From NCBI GenBank assembly GCA_002633005.1, contig NMRA01000515.1, positions 144,558 through 208,557 on the forward strand: a DNA stretch of 64,000 bases, written 5' to 3'. Source of the DNA: Phoronis australis. Taxonomy: Eukaryota; Animalia; Phoronida. Below, piece by piece: positions 1-13,599 of this stretch. Numbering within the stretch: the first letter of the stretch is position 1; the number at the start of each line of letters is the position of its first letter. The notes under the pieces were generated by a model that had not been told where the DNA came from, searched no databases, and saw only the letters and a program-made list of their open reading frames with translations. Made by a program: the position numbers and the translations under genes.

Positions 1-75
1 TGGTTGTTCATCTGAGTTCTCCACAGGTCCTCCTCGTGGTGAATGGTAAGCAGGTGGACTACTGTTCGTCCTTAT
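1..75 (-). CDS. Probable coding exon of an unidentified gene running off the left edge (IRTNSSPPAYHSPRGGPVENSDEQP...)
   Basis: Minus-strand acceptor gctgtttcag at 76-85 followed by an open, low-complexity frame to the window edge. No recognisable domain. Confidence 0.35.
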   Translation of the reverse strand, partial: MRTNSSPPAYHSPRGGPVENSDEQP

Positions 76-1321
76 CTGAAACAGCAATTCACATGAAGTT
101 TTTCTTCCTGCAGACTATGCCATCAACAAGTTCAGTGTTTGTTGGGATTGGATGCTATTTATTGAAACTCAGCCATAAGGATAAAAATTGTCACCAGTGA
201 CAGAACAAACTGTCACTGGTAACAATTTGAATAGGTTTTACTTTCCCTGCCTGCCCAAATTAATGCTTCAGCAACATGTAGTGCTGATACTATCGCTTAT
301 AAAATCATCCTCACAATAAAAAAGTCTGCAGAGTGAGGGTTTTTATATTGTTTTGCACTAGCTGGTGGTCAAAGATGATGTAAGGCCTTTGCAGTGGAGA
401 CATGCTGTGGCATAACTAGGAAACTCGATTGGAGAGTTGAATGTGTACTGAAATGTAACTGAGCCAATGTGTACTGTGTGTTTAACACATTTTAAACTTT
501 TGAAATGGTCAAGGTAGCATCTGGTTTTAAATTGAACACAAATATTTTATTTGAATAGATTAAACATTTTTGCATGTTTTACCAAAGCAGGTTCTTTGTG
601 ATACAATCAAATTGAACTTTGTGAACAAAAACACACAACTAAAGGTTTACGGAGGGCATCAATGCTAAATGTTGGATTTTTGACTATATCGAAATTGTCT
701 GGGCCTTTGGTTTTTCATGTGCATTTTTCTAAAAAATAAAATTGTTGGTTTTTGTTTTTATGAAAAGATGTAATCAATTTTGATCTAAATCAGGTATTTA
801 TTTTTGATCCTATTTCTGAAAATCTTAATCTATATCGGGCAATACATAGCACACATGAATAGTAAAAATATCCTTGAAATTTAAATTAACGTAAACTGCA
901 AATCGGTCAATAATGACATCACTGTACTACGATATGCACCTTCATCATAACAAACAACAGAACATACAGCCATATTAGTTTTGACTCAGAATACTCTTAA
1001 ATCTTAGACAAAAAGCTCAAAGTGTTACATTAACTTTACAGAAACATATTATGATAAATGTAAAACCCAAAACAAATGACCACTAAATTTGGTTAACTTC
1101 GGAACACCACATGTCAGAAATGGACGACTGGATTCATAGGAAATTTTCATATGCTTCATGCACGGTTCTCCAAAAAGCAACAGGACTTGTTTTTAAATGT
1201 TTATTTTGGCATGAAGGATTAGTGCAAAACAGTATAAAAACCCTCACTCTGCAGACTTATGATTTTCACGGAGTTAAAATCTACAGTTTTGTAGATATTT
1301 GGCTAAATACACAGAGTTGTC

Positions 1322-1470
1322 AATATGGTCCTACATAAGGTCCTACATAAGGTCCTACATATGGTCCTACATATGGTCCTACATATGGTCCTACATAAGG
1401 TCCTACATATGGTCCTACATATGGTCCTTCATATGGTCCTACATATGGTCCCGCATATGGTCCTACATAA
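1322..1470. repeat. 12-bp minisatellite (ATATGGTCCTAC / ATAAGGTCCTAC), about 12 copies
   Basis: Directly visible tandem array; explains the SYIW and VLHM ORFs. Confidence 0.95.
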
Positions 1471-2050
1471 CCCCAGAGCTTTGCTATTAGAACTCTGGTA
1501 TCTTAGTCACTATGTTCAGTAAACTCATAGCATTACACGCAGATGTAAAGTTGATGTTGACAAACACCAGGTAGACCGCATGAACTTCAAATCTACTACA
1601 TTCATAAGTTCATAGTGATGGCAGTCACTATAAATCGGACACACTATTATCACCAATTTGAGTAAACGTGTCCATCAAAAGAACAAAAAAGTGAAAAAAA
1701 AACGATCAAATTTGTTAGGCAGCTCTTATCACTATCAGCTTATTTGTAAGGGTGTGAAATTGCATTATTCGCAGAAAAAAAAAACCCTTATGGTATGCTC
1801 AGGAATTTTGATTGTCCAGTTTATCTGGCTATTCAGAATGGTCCATTACTATGAAAATGGGTTACGGACAGCATTGCATTTTCGTTTGATGTCGAACATA
1901 CTGTACAAAGAAATGTTACACAATTTAAAAAGAGGCCTTTCTACTTACCTTACATAATGTACAACAAGATCAATTAACTTTTGATCACAACATTTAAAAT
2001 ACTATAAGAACGAATGTTCATATCACTGACTTCATTAGAATATACGTAAC

Positions 2051-2201
2051 GGAAAGTCACCTGTCAGAGTCATGGATGTTTTTGAAGCCACTAGCTTTTG
2101 GTTTCATCTCGAGGCCCGCCATTCCACCTGAAGAAGGTTTCAAGATGATACCGAGAGTTACTGGCTTCAAAAACTTTCACAACTTTGAAAGGTGACTTTC
2201 C
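2051..2201. mobile_element. Imperfect palindromic MITE-like element
   Basis: GGAAAGTCACCT...AGGTGACTTTCC termini and internal inverted TTTTTGAAGCCA / TGGCTTCAAAAA. Confidence 0.65.
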
Positions 2202-4284
2202 ATTACCCATTTAAAATACTCATTCTGTAATAAATTTTTCTATTAGCCAGATTTGAAAAAAACTAAATTATCCAAATCAACCCTGTAGTTAAAATTCCAA
2301 CCTTATGATCGTCAAGACTTTGAGCTTTTCCCATTCCACGTCTTTTTGGCACTGGAACAAAAAATTATTTAGTCCTTCAATGGAAGCAATATAACATTAA
2401 GTGAACAATGTATGACTTTAAGACTTAAGGCAGAAATTCCGTCTCCCTATTACTGAACAAAGTTTTTGCATTACTAATCATCAAAGTTTAGCAACATAAC
2501 CTTGACTGTTAACTAATAGTTTTGGATGTTTTCAGAGACTTTGACTTTGTTGAATTGAGATTTTCTTCCAAACATAGTGCCAAATAGTTGCGTGGAGTAT
2601 TTGAGCATTTGACAAAATGTTTGACACATGTTTGATGTCAGTTTTCAGACTTCAAATCCACGAATGCTGCCACTAGGAATATCGGACATAGTAAACAATT
2701 TGCCTCCATGTGACTAACAAACAGTACATTTACGGTATGTACTTTCAGTTGATGTTAACCAAAATCAGTAGGTAGTCTGCCTTTTCCAAAATGTTTTTTG
2801 TGCCTACCCCAACTGTTGCATTCGAGCTTCTCAATTCAAATGCCTAGTAAGATGTCATTGACTTTTAATTATTATATGTGACATACGGTACTCGAAGAAC
2901 CTGTTGATCAATAAGAGGTCTCTTATGAGTTTTATCTCTGGTGTTTTCTGCAATGGGCCCAACCATGAGACCTGCACACGTCTGATGCACTGCAAAAGAC
3001 CTGCACTCGTTTTCATGGTACCCGAAAAAAGGAGACCATCAGACAGTGTCATTTCTCATGCAACAGAATAACTATGTTTGGGGTATGGTGTTCCAATAGC
3101 TCTATGACTGTTGAGTTCATACCTTGAATGTAATTCGTCTTGAGTCACAAGTTGGGAAGCAGCATTGCATTACTGAGACTATTAAAACACCTAGCTGCTT
3201 GGACTGCATGATATGCACATCACTGCAAATGTACCAGTGCAACATTGCGCAATCCATCGTTATGTGATGAAGTGTAATTTGCTATTAGATTGATTTCCTT
3301 TTTCATGGTTTAAGTTAAACAATTAGGCGAAACACCAAAAGAAATTACGTACCGCCTCTAGCATGTCTTTCAAGGTCTTGAATGATATCAATTCGATCCA
3401 TTTGTTCCAGTATTAGGATGACCTCTGAAAATTGCCTTTTGGCAAAAGTCATCACCATATCTAAGACGATTGCTTTGGAAGGACTGTCACTTTTATCAAA
3501 CTGGAGCTAAAATGAGATAAATTGTAGAAACCTGTACTCTAACCTTTTAGTGGAAATGGTGAATAATTTATTCAACAAAACACTGCAGAATTTTTCTTCT
3601 CTTACACAATGTTGTTCTCTTTCAACAGTTATTAACCAAAAAGGAGTTTGGGTTCAGTTACTATTCAGAAGTTAAGCGACCACCTGTATCGGAGAACGGT
3701 GTCAGTTAACCATTGCAGCCCAAGTTAAACAGTATTGGATACACATATAACGTGCTTTGGTTACCTTTGAAAAACATTTTGAAGTGACTTTGCCGAGTAA
3801 CACATTAAACTGAACTTACAACATCATTTTGACTGTAATTTAGTTTACGAGCGAATGACAAGTGGTTTTTGCCTGGCAGAGTAGTTGGCCTTTCCAACCC
3901 CCTTATGAGATAGTCTCGCATGGTCTGGTCCATATCATACACCGTCTGCGGCCACATTGGATATGCTTCATAATTTGTGGGTCGTTGTTTCTGCGAAAAC
4001 AATCAACGTACTTACACTGAAACTGATAGAACCTCTGTCAGTGGAAATATTCCATAAGCTACCTTGAACTTGACCTGTTAGAAGTTGCAAATTTCCCAAG
4101 TTGACATTGACTGGGTTAAAGCATTGCAACAAAGCATCCTATGTTTCTGTTTTACTAGCAATGGTTCATTATTTTGCATTAAGTAAGAGGACTGGAAAAT
4201 ACAATGTACTATATGAATACAAGGTAGCCAATGTCCCGTGCTAAAATTTCTGTAGGGGGCAGCACACTGGAGCATTTACGGTAC

Positions 4285-6069
4285 CTACATGGAAGCGTGA
4301 AAATCAAGAATGAGTCAAAATTCAGGCAAATACAGTCTAATCTATGGGCCAGTTAGGAGGACCTATTAGTCACATTTACTGTTTTCTGCATTATAACATA
4401 TCACTTCATCTACTACCTCAGTTCCTAATGTTGCAATTATTGATTGGTCTAAACCCAAACCCAGCATATAAATCCACAGTAGTTTCATGCACAATATGCT
4501 TGATCCTGGCATTAACGTTGTTGTTTTGTCATTAGCTTTGATCGGCTGCTGTGCATTTTCGTGTTAAAATTTGAATGCAATGGGTTATGCAAAACAACTT
4601 TTTATGTTCCTGTTAGCTTGAGTTAAGCAGTCACAGAGCACCAGTCAACATTAATTTTTCAAATTAAATAGTCTGTTATCTCATATGCGTTGAATCAGTC
4701 GAGTGCAATACGGCAACGTAATAATGTTTTCCGTATTCACCTACCGCACTACTTCAACAGTGACCTCTGACATGGAAAGTTCAAAAGTTAGGTCAATGTC
4801 GACTCGACATCATTAGCCAGTCCGATCATCAAACTTTCCAAAAATAGTTTAAAGTAATACAATTGCAACAGTGTAAATAACACATGCAATCAGGTCCCAA
4901 ATGTAACATCTGGTACAAAACTGTTAATAATATGACACTTATGTCTCAGTTTTCGATTGTTAAATCTTATATCGTCTGCAACTCAGGTGCCGATTCCTTG
5001 GTAGGCCCCTAACTACAGTATCAAATATTGTTGTTATTTAACTATTATCAGGAAAGGTTACAAGTTCAATGCACAATTACCATTGTTTTCATCTNCTACA
5101 TGGAAGCGTGAAAATGAAGAATGAGTCAAAATTCAGGCAAATACAGTCTAATCTATGGGCCAGTTAGGACCTATTAGTCACATTTACTGTTTTCTGCATT
5201 ATAACATATCACTTCATCTACAGTCTAATCTATGGGCCAGTTAGGAGGACCTATTAGTCACATTTACTGTTTTCTGCATTATAACATATCACTTCATCTA
5301 CAGTCTAATCTATGGGCCAGTTAGGAGGACCTATTAGTCACATTTACTGTTTTCTGCATTATAACATATCACTTCATCTACTACCTCAGTTCCTAATGTT
5401 GCAATTATTGATTGGTCTAAACCCAAGCCAAGCATATAAATCCACAGTAGTTTCATGCACAATATGCTTGACCCTGGCATTAACGTGGTTGTTTTGGTCA
5501 TTGTCATTAGCTTTGATCGGCTGCTGTGCATTTTCGTGTTAAAATTTGAATGCAATGGGTTATCCAAAACAACTTTTTATGTTCCTGTTAGCTTGAGTTA
5601 AGCAGTCACAGAGCACCAGTCAACATTAATTTTTCAAATTAAATAGTCTGTTATCTCATATGCGTTGAATCAGTCGAGTGCAATACGGCAACGTAATAAT
5701 GTTTTCCGTATTCACCTACCGCACTACTTCAACAGTGACCTCTGACATGGAAAGTTCAAAAGTTAGGTCAATGTCGACTCGACATCATTAGCCAGTCCGA
5801 TCATCAAACTTTCCAAAAATAGTTTAAAGTAATACAATTGCAACAGTGTAAATAACACATGCAATCAGGTCCCAAATGTAACATCTGGTACAAAACTGTT
5901 AATAATATGACACTTATGTCTCAGTTTTCGATTGTTAAATCTTATATCGTCTGCAACTCAGGTGCCGATTCCTTGGTAGGCCCCTAACTACAGTATCAAA
6001 TATTGTTGTTATTTAACTATTATCAGGAAAGGTTACAAGTTCATTGCACAATTACCATTGTTTTCATCT
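4285..6069. repeat. Near-identical ~810-bp direct duplication (4285-5094 vs 5096-6069) split by one N; probable assembly or haplotype overlap
   Basis: Both copies begin ctacatggaagcgtg and end ttttcatct. N at 5095. The second copy has extra ~70-bp tandem units at about 5143-5380. Confidence 0.9.
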
Positions 6070-6259
6070 TTGATATCTCTTTTCAAGTAAGAAATCGTTA
6101 CATTTAAAACTGTTTCTTTTGCTAGAGAAAACTTGTAACCTAACGCGCAAGTATATACATATGGGATATGATTCACCACGTTAACAGTCTGGGTGAAGTA
6201 TTTAAAAAATCTGCCGAAAACGTGAAAGAAACTTAGGAAATCAAAGCGTGTGGGATAAA

Positions 6260-6404
6260 CACAAGAAGTACCTCGATTCGCATAGATGAATTAATATCCC
6301 ACTTGACATTATTCCACATATTGACCAAAGGTCAAGGTCGATACGCGGAATAATGTGAAGTGGGACGTTAGTTCATCTACGCCACTCTCGGTACATTTTG
6401 TGTA
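6260..6404. mobile_element. Imperfect palindromic MITE-like element
   Basis: Arms tagatgaattaatatcccacttgacattattcc / ggaataatgtgaagtgggacgttagttcatcta are reverse complements around a ttgacc...ggtcaa centre. Confidence 0.65.
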
Positions 6405-7035
6405 TTTATTTGAAATAAAAAATCACACTAAATTATTTTTAAGTTTATATTACAAAACAATGATTGCTTCACAACTCTTTAACAGACCTTAAAAAAAATT
6501 TACTCTCTGTTACTACCATGGTTTGAACACTTAACCATCAGCAAACAACATTTGGTAAAAAATTTTTGATTATTTACAGCAATGCAGTAAGACTTTGGAA
6601 AACAAAAATAATACAAATATTGTAATCTCCCCCAAAAACTGAAGAATTTTTACTGTTCAGTAATAACGTGAAATTGCTATGATAGTGACAGGGATTCAGG
6701 ATTCACTTTTGCAAAATTGCAGGTCGCCTAATATAACCTCAGATTTTGTTTGGTGACTGGTAACAATACCAGGCCACCATGCACTTATGTGAGTTCACAC
6801 TCAAAATACTATGCGAGGTAAACAGTAAAACAGACTTAGCTGGAAGCGATCAGCAAAAATTGAAATCAACCGTTAATGAGTCATGCACAGGTAAGACAAC
6901 CTGATATTGGGTGTATGCAGGGGAAACTGGTTGTTGCTGATCATGCAAGACACTCCTAATATTACATTAGACTTAAATGCAGGTCATGGGCCATTTGTTC
7001 CTGCGTTCACCACCTTTGACTTCAGGTATCTTGTT

Positions 7036-8918
7036 TCATTTTTGGCTCTTGTTCTCGTTTGTAGTGACCAGAACTTTTGCAACCTCCCCATTCTTTGTTT
7101 TGCAAATCTCACTTCCGATTTGGCAAATCAACACCAGCTAGATCCCAATATCATTTTTAAATGGCCACCCGTTATTTTTCAATTTCCAAATTTAAGAGCC
7201 CTGGGCATTAAGCAGTATGAATATGGTAAATAATCTACCTGTTGGGATTTTCCAGCAAAGACATGTTTGGTTTCCCTCTTAGTAGCTCTTCCGTTGTTAT
7301 CCTTGACATAGCACAGCCTGAAAAGGCAGTCTCCGGCAAACATAGCTCGATCTCTGAATTCTTTGAAGAATTCAACTCTGGCACATTTCGTGTAATAGCT
7401 TTCGTCCAACGTGGCATTGGCTTGCTCCAGTTTCTGTGTCTCGTGGTTGAGTTTTCCAAATTTAATTGCCAATGTTCCTGGCTCAGATAGTCCAGCCTGG
7501 AGCAGAAAAGAGCGGTGATCTTTAGGTAATCTCCAACAAAAGTGTTACAGAGTGTTCCAGTAAACATCAACCAAAATATACATGTGATCTTACAGCATTC
7601 TGATACCAAAATTCCAATTTTTCAAAATTAGCATACCCCCAGATACTGCTTTCTCATTGTATACAGGCTCCTCCTGTTCACTCAACCCTTGACTGAGCTA
7701 AGCGGAATAAAAGATATTTTAATACTTAACTGCCAGAAAGTAAAGCCATGAATTGAATCCAGTTGGGATTCTGGAGGTCAAACCACTTACCTACACTGTG
7801 TTCACATAAATTTTCCAGTAATTTTAATTTACAATTTTGAAATTCTGGATTCCAAAATATGGGAAGGCTGAGAAAGCAGTTTTAGAGGCGGCTCCACAAT
7901 AATGTTCCATAGTTTTAACAAAGTGATTTACCTGCAAATAAAATTCTCCCAGTTCCAATTTCTGAGTTGGGGGATTTAGTAGTATTAGCAAACAACCATC
8001 TTTAACTACTAAATTCTTGTCTATCTGCAAAAAACATGAACCATCTTAGAATAAATCAAAATCAACAATCTAGAAATTACACATGATAAATACCCAACAT
8101 TTCCAACACTTGACTAGTTATTGATCATCTGAATGTTGCAATCACAACTGTGGAAAGGCCTTTTCGTACCAACTTAACTCTGGTTACTGAGGAGTAAACT
8201 GTAATCGCCCAGTGTTATTTCAGTTGTTTGAGGACAAATTGAACATTTTTACAAATATTTCATGTAACATTGATCGAGAGAGACCCAGTTATTTTGTCTG
8301 ATGTATGCGCATGCAAAGTTTCAATTTGACTACTAGCCCGGAGGTTATCATCAAGATAGGTTCAACATTAGTTACATGAAAGTAATTGTATGTCATGATG
8401 ATACTGTTGATAAATTCAACAAAACTTACAAAAAACAACAACATAAAGTGTAAATAGCTGCTAGCCTGTTTAAGCTTTGAGACACAAAATGACTCATCCG
8501 CAAAACAGTTTACAAGATAAAACAACTTCTTCAAAAGTTCCAAATAAAAAATGCTAAAATTAATGTACAGCTGACCTATAAAATCATCCCAACCATGTAA
8601 CACTGAACAATTATGGCAGCAGTGAGTATACCACTTATGCAGTTGTTGGACTGATAAGATGGAGTGCAGCCAGTCTATGAAACAGTTCAAAGTTACTGCT
8701 TTATCACATTCTAACTGACACACAGTGGTGGCAATTTTTGAAAACCGAGACTCGCTTACCTTATTGAGTTTCTCCAGCAGTTTGGTAGTTTCCATAAGGT
8801 AGTTGATGTACAGCTTGTCGTTACCCTTGAATCGCTTCTTTTTTATTTCATGTAGGTCTGTTTTCAGGTGTGGAGCTTCATACCCAATTTTTTTCAAATG
8901 ATTGCAGAATTCATCCTC
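7036..8918 (-). CDS. 3' part of a spliced gene for an uncharacterised protein with a TRADD-N-like domain
   Basis: Phase-0 GT-AG exons 8918-8760 (EDEFCNHLKK...LLEKLNK), 8024-7932 (IDKNLVVKDGCLLILLNPPTQKLELGEFYLQ), 7496-7239 (AGLSEPG...ATLDESYYTKCAR...GKSQQ). Tentative last exon 7137-7036 has a weak acceptor; the alternative is read-through to the stop at 7179. Start codon not found. Confidence 0.6.
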
Positions 8919-10325
8919 CTAAAACAAAGTTATATGGATAACAGGAAGGAGAAAACAACAATACCTTCAGAAAAGGACACTTTGAACTTGAAACTTAGAT
9001 GTTGCTTTATTTATTGCTGTATAGTTATGTTAAGTTATTGTTATAAATAATCATGTAATGCACAGTAATGGTCTCCCAAATCCAAAAATATGGTTTTGAA
9101 AAATGCCAATTGCCCATGACTGCAATGCAAACGGTGAGCTTCTAGGCGTATTTATTATTACCATGAAAATGGCGGCCATTAGATGGCTCAGAATGTGTTG
9201 AATGCGTCCGAAAATGGAAAGGTTCTGTCGTCTCCCAAACAGAAAGCTATTTTGTTAAATTTCATGAAAATCTTGGGCTACGAAGACAACTTGCCATCTG
9301 TTGTTCAGTTAATAGGAAAGCTTCCAAAAGATGTTGCAAAGGGGCTTAGGAGATACAACCGAAGATGCATCAAACGTCGCTAGAGTAGGGTGGCACTGAA
9401 TCGTCAAAGCGATGAAAAAGTGCTAAATTTCATGAAAATTAATCAATTGAAAGAACTTTGAAAAGTACAGAGGCAACCATGAAAAACTAAAATTGCCAAG
9501 AGGCAGCACAGCGGTAGTCGATCAGTCTGAAATTGGTGGTCATCTGTCATCAGCTTCATAGGAACATATAAAATCCTGCATGTGTTTAGGATATACAACA
9601 GTGGATGCCCAGACAGAGATGACGGCAATATGCACACACTTATAAATATTTGAGCACATTAAAAAGGAGAAGTCTGCAGTAACAGCAATAGACCAGCCTT
9701 AGGCCACCAAAAACAACTAGTGAATCACCACTTTCTACTATATGATTGACCTCAAGCTTACACAGATGAGCAGTGATTTTCAGGCTGTAGAAAAAGCTAA
9801 CAATTTAGTAATACTTGATACCATGCCGCCAGGAGTCATCTTTAAAGTGCTATACACACGCTGACTTACCCTAGAACATGTTAATCCTGGAACAAGTTGT
9901 CGCTTGGTTTGAGTGCTGACTGGATGCTATTTAAACTTTGTCTAGCACAATTAACCCCACTATTGACAACTTACTTCACATTATCATGGTCGGGTAACTT
10001 GTTCTAGGGTATCTTAGCCACTTCTAATTCCTGTGTGGTTGCAAACCTGGGGCAAGGCAGAAATAATTATCAGGTACCGTTACATATAGACTGGTTTTCT
10101 TTAGCGCGCTGTCCTCGCATTAGGTGTTCATTGTCACGGACAGAGTGACAACTTCTGCCTTACCCTGGTTATTGGATATATGCGTGTGTGTGCGTGCGTG
10201 CGTGTGGACACTTCACTTGTTCAAGGGTAGGCTGTGTGTGGATGGGACTTTAGTAAGTACCAGTTCCATAGCAACAAGTTGTCAAAATAAACAGTTAGTT
10301 TTTGACAGTTGGCAGAAGTAGTCGC

Positions 10326-11480
10326 TTTATTATGCACCCACATATTTATATGTGGACGCATTATGCCGTCATCTCCGTCCGTCCGGGCGTCCGTCTGGCT
10401 TCCGGCGTCTGCTGCTCTATCTCCAAAACCCTTTGACATACGTTCATGAAATTTGGCACATATGTTCCACTCATGAATGGGACGGCATGAGCGAACTATC
10501 GGACGGATCAGACTACCGGTGTGCCCCCTAGTGGCAATTTTAGTTTTTTACGCTTACCTTTGTATCTTCAAATGTCCTGAACGGATTTTCGTGAAATTTG
10601 GTATGTAGGCACCTATTTGTGAGATAACGCTATCCTCCCGTCTTCAGATGAATTCAACATAGTTTGCGCCACCTAGTGGCCATTTTTAGTGTTTTCGAGT
10701 CTGTTTTTGTGCGTCCACCCCTCTATCAACCAAACCGCTCAAAGGATGATTGTTAAAATTGGCATGTATGTGCTTACTCTAAAGAAGACAGCTGACAATG
10801 ATTTTCAGACGATTTGGACTACTGTGGCGCCTCCTAGTGGCAGTTTTGTTTTTTTTGCGCCTATGGCTGTATCTCCTAAACCATTTGCAGGATCTTAACG
10901 AAATTTAATAAGTATATTTACACGATGTTAACAACAGACGATGACGACTTTTGGACCGATCCGCCTACCAGTGTGCCCCCTAGTGGCAATTTAATTTTTT
11001 TACGTTTACCTCTGTATCTTCACAAGTCCTTAACGGATTTTCATGAAATTTGGTATGTAGGCACCTATTAGCGCGGTGGTGCTATCCTCTTGTCTTCGGA
11101 TGGGTTCGATCTAGTTTGCGACACCCAGTGGCCATTTTTACTGTTTTTGAGTCTGTTTTTTGGCGTCCACCCCTCTATCAACCAAACCGCTCTAAGTATG
11201 ATTGTGAAAATTGGCATGTATGTTCTTACTATGAAGAGGACGGTTGACGCTGAATTTCCCATGACTTTGATTACTGTGGCGCCTCCTAGTGGCAGTTTTT
11301 TTTGCGCCCATGGCTGTATCTCCCAAACCGTTTGCAGGATCTTTACTAAATTTAGCAAGTGTATTTATGTGCTGTTGACAACGGACGATGACGACTTTAG
11401 GATGATTCTGACTACCGGTATGCCTCTAGTGGCAATTTAAGTATTTTACATTGACCTCTGTATTTTCACAGGTCTTCAGG
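10326..11480 (+). mobile_element. Helentron-associated (HINE/DINE-1-like) non-autonomous element with ~450-bp internal tandem units
   Basis: T-rich start, subterminal inverted repeat (tgcacccacat...atgtggacgca), CCGTCCGT microsatellite. Unit marker gtgcccccTAGTGGCAATTT recurs at about 10521, 10973 and 11420. Confidence 0.65.
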
Positions 11481-13599
11481 TGTATACTTTGTGTTACTTC
11501 GTGACTATGAAGGAAAAGTTCCAAGTAGAAATTTGTTTCTGGCATTCTAATGCTGTGCTAATCTCGTATGTTGATAAATTTGTTTTTTAATTCTATGTTT
11601 CTGTGGTGCTTTAAGCAACTGATGTATAGGATGTGCTTGTATTATGAAGATCACTCATATTTTGCCCCTAGCCTATTGAGGAGACAATGACCATGCCTTT
11701 CCATTTTGCAAAGTACAGCATACTACATATATGCCCTCTACTGGCCACTTTATGGTACCAATAAACAACCCTAGAAGGATACCGTATACGGTGCAATTGT
11801 GGGCGCATTTCAATGCTCCTCGTCGCTGTTGTATGTTGAGCAAACATCTTTCTGTCTCTGAAGTTGAGAAAAACCACAGCCAGCCAGTGTGTTATATGCA
11901 CTAATAATATGACTTCACTACAGGGGTTGGAAGCCAACTCTCACAATGCACTGCAAACACTGTTATTATTATGTAGGAAGACCCTACTGTAGTGTAGCGT
12001 TATAAGGATACACAGAACCTGAACTCTGACCACATTCACAAAATCTTACCATAGGCAATTTCTGAACACGTGACCAAAATTTTTGATCACTTGCTTTAAA
12101 AATTTTCTTTGGAAAGAGTGTCCGAGTTCAGGTTCTGTGGCAAGGTTTGTGTGTGTTCAAGAGTGTTCGTGGAGTTTGGCAAGGGTGCACGACCCTGGTA
12201 AGAGTTGGTTACCAATCCCTGAGTATTTTAAACTAAGACGTACAACATTTGAGACGTTAAGCATGTGCATGGAAGAGGCAAAACCAAGAGTTCAGCAGGA
12301 ATGCACAGTTTGCAGTGTTGTCATCCCAGTGGTGACTATGAGACACTACATGAAATTTAGTAATCCCAAGTTGCTTCAATATAATATGAAATTTACAACA
12401 TTTGAACCTAAAGGCATTAATCATGTAGACCAAATCTTGTAAATATACATAATAAACAGATCTATGTATTCTTTTTATTGACATGTTTTTAAACAATTAT
12501 GTTACCTAAACATAAAAAGCATTTTTTTTATAACAAAAGCCATTTTAGACCCATTTGAACTTGAATTTTGTCTCTGGAGACATGACAAAAGGCAATTTCT
12601 TTAGGAAAAAATGTATTGATACTACATTTCGCACCATTTCACTGGCTAAAACATACAAATCGAATGATGCCTTTTGCTATGAATTATAAAATGGTCGCAT
12701 GATATTCCTTGTCATTCCCATTACCAACTCAAGTCACAGTGCCATTTTGGAATTTGCAATTTCAATGTGAGTTTTTTTAAGACAATGATAATATCGATGT
12801 TCTAGTTTTGGTTTGTAACGGAAATGGAATCCTAATACGACAAAGAATACTATGAGACTGATTTTATGAGAGTAAAAAGGCCTTACTTGATTTTTGTAAG
12901 CCTGAGGGTGAAATGCAACTTTAACTGACTAATTTCAAAATTATCATCACCAGCAAATTAAGGCCTTATTCTATTGGTTTAAAGGGCAGAAATTTGAAAT
13001 GTTTATTTGGACAAGAAACAAAATGTCAACAACTAAAGCTTACTCCCCTCGTTACAACTGCTGTTTCCTCTTTTATTTTCTTTAGTTTCAGCCAACAACA
13101 ATTTTCAAATCCAGATATCAAATGAATCTCGCCATATATAAGCATTCATGCAGACTTTTGTCATCAGGACTCCTGTACAAATTATCTACCATGCTGAATA
13201 TATTAACCAAGACGAACAAGTCTATTCTCATTGATAGAATTACTGGTCTGCAAGTGAATTAAATTTACATCCTTTTCATTACTTTTTGTAGTATTTTTTC
13301 GCACTTTAACCCAATGTTTCACAAGCAATTTAATTCTATAAGCCAAACAATAGTTGCTACTTGCTAGACCCGAGTTTGGTGACTAAAATTCAAATAACAA
13401 GTCTCAATTTTGGGTAGATTGTACATCAAAATGAATCAATTTACATTAAGTGAAGAGTAACGGTAGATAAACTGATTTCATTAAAATTTGGGTACCAACA
13501 TCCAAATAATCTATACCTAGTGCCCTAAAGGGAAGTTATGAGGAGACACAGAATTTTAAATAATGGTGGCTTCTATTTGCGTATTCACTGATATTACTT

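Noticed and set aside
1299-1522. Repetitive ORFs (SYIW)n and (VLHM)n
   Set aside because: By-products of a 12-bp minisatellite with no stops; no splice or domain support.
2855-4002. Minus-strand ORF fragments (e.g. KQRPTNYEAYPMWPQ...)
   Set aside because: Could not be linked by consistent splice phases or assigned to any family.
9975-10046. Minus-strand exon-like block FATTQELEVAKIP*NKLPDHDNV resembling kinase subdomain III-IV
   Set aside because: In-frame stop, wrong phase for the next exon and no other kinase motifs nearby.
10689-11440. Paired similar ORFs (VHPSINQTA...TVAPPSGSF)
   Set aside because: Lie within the tandem units of a non-autonomous HINE-like element.
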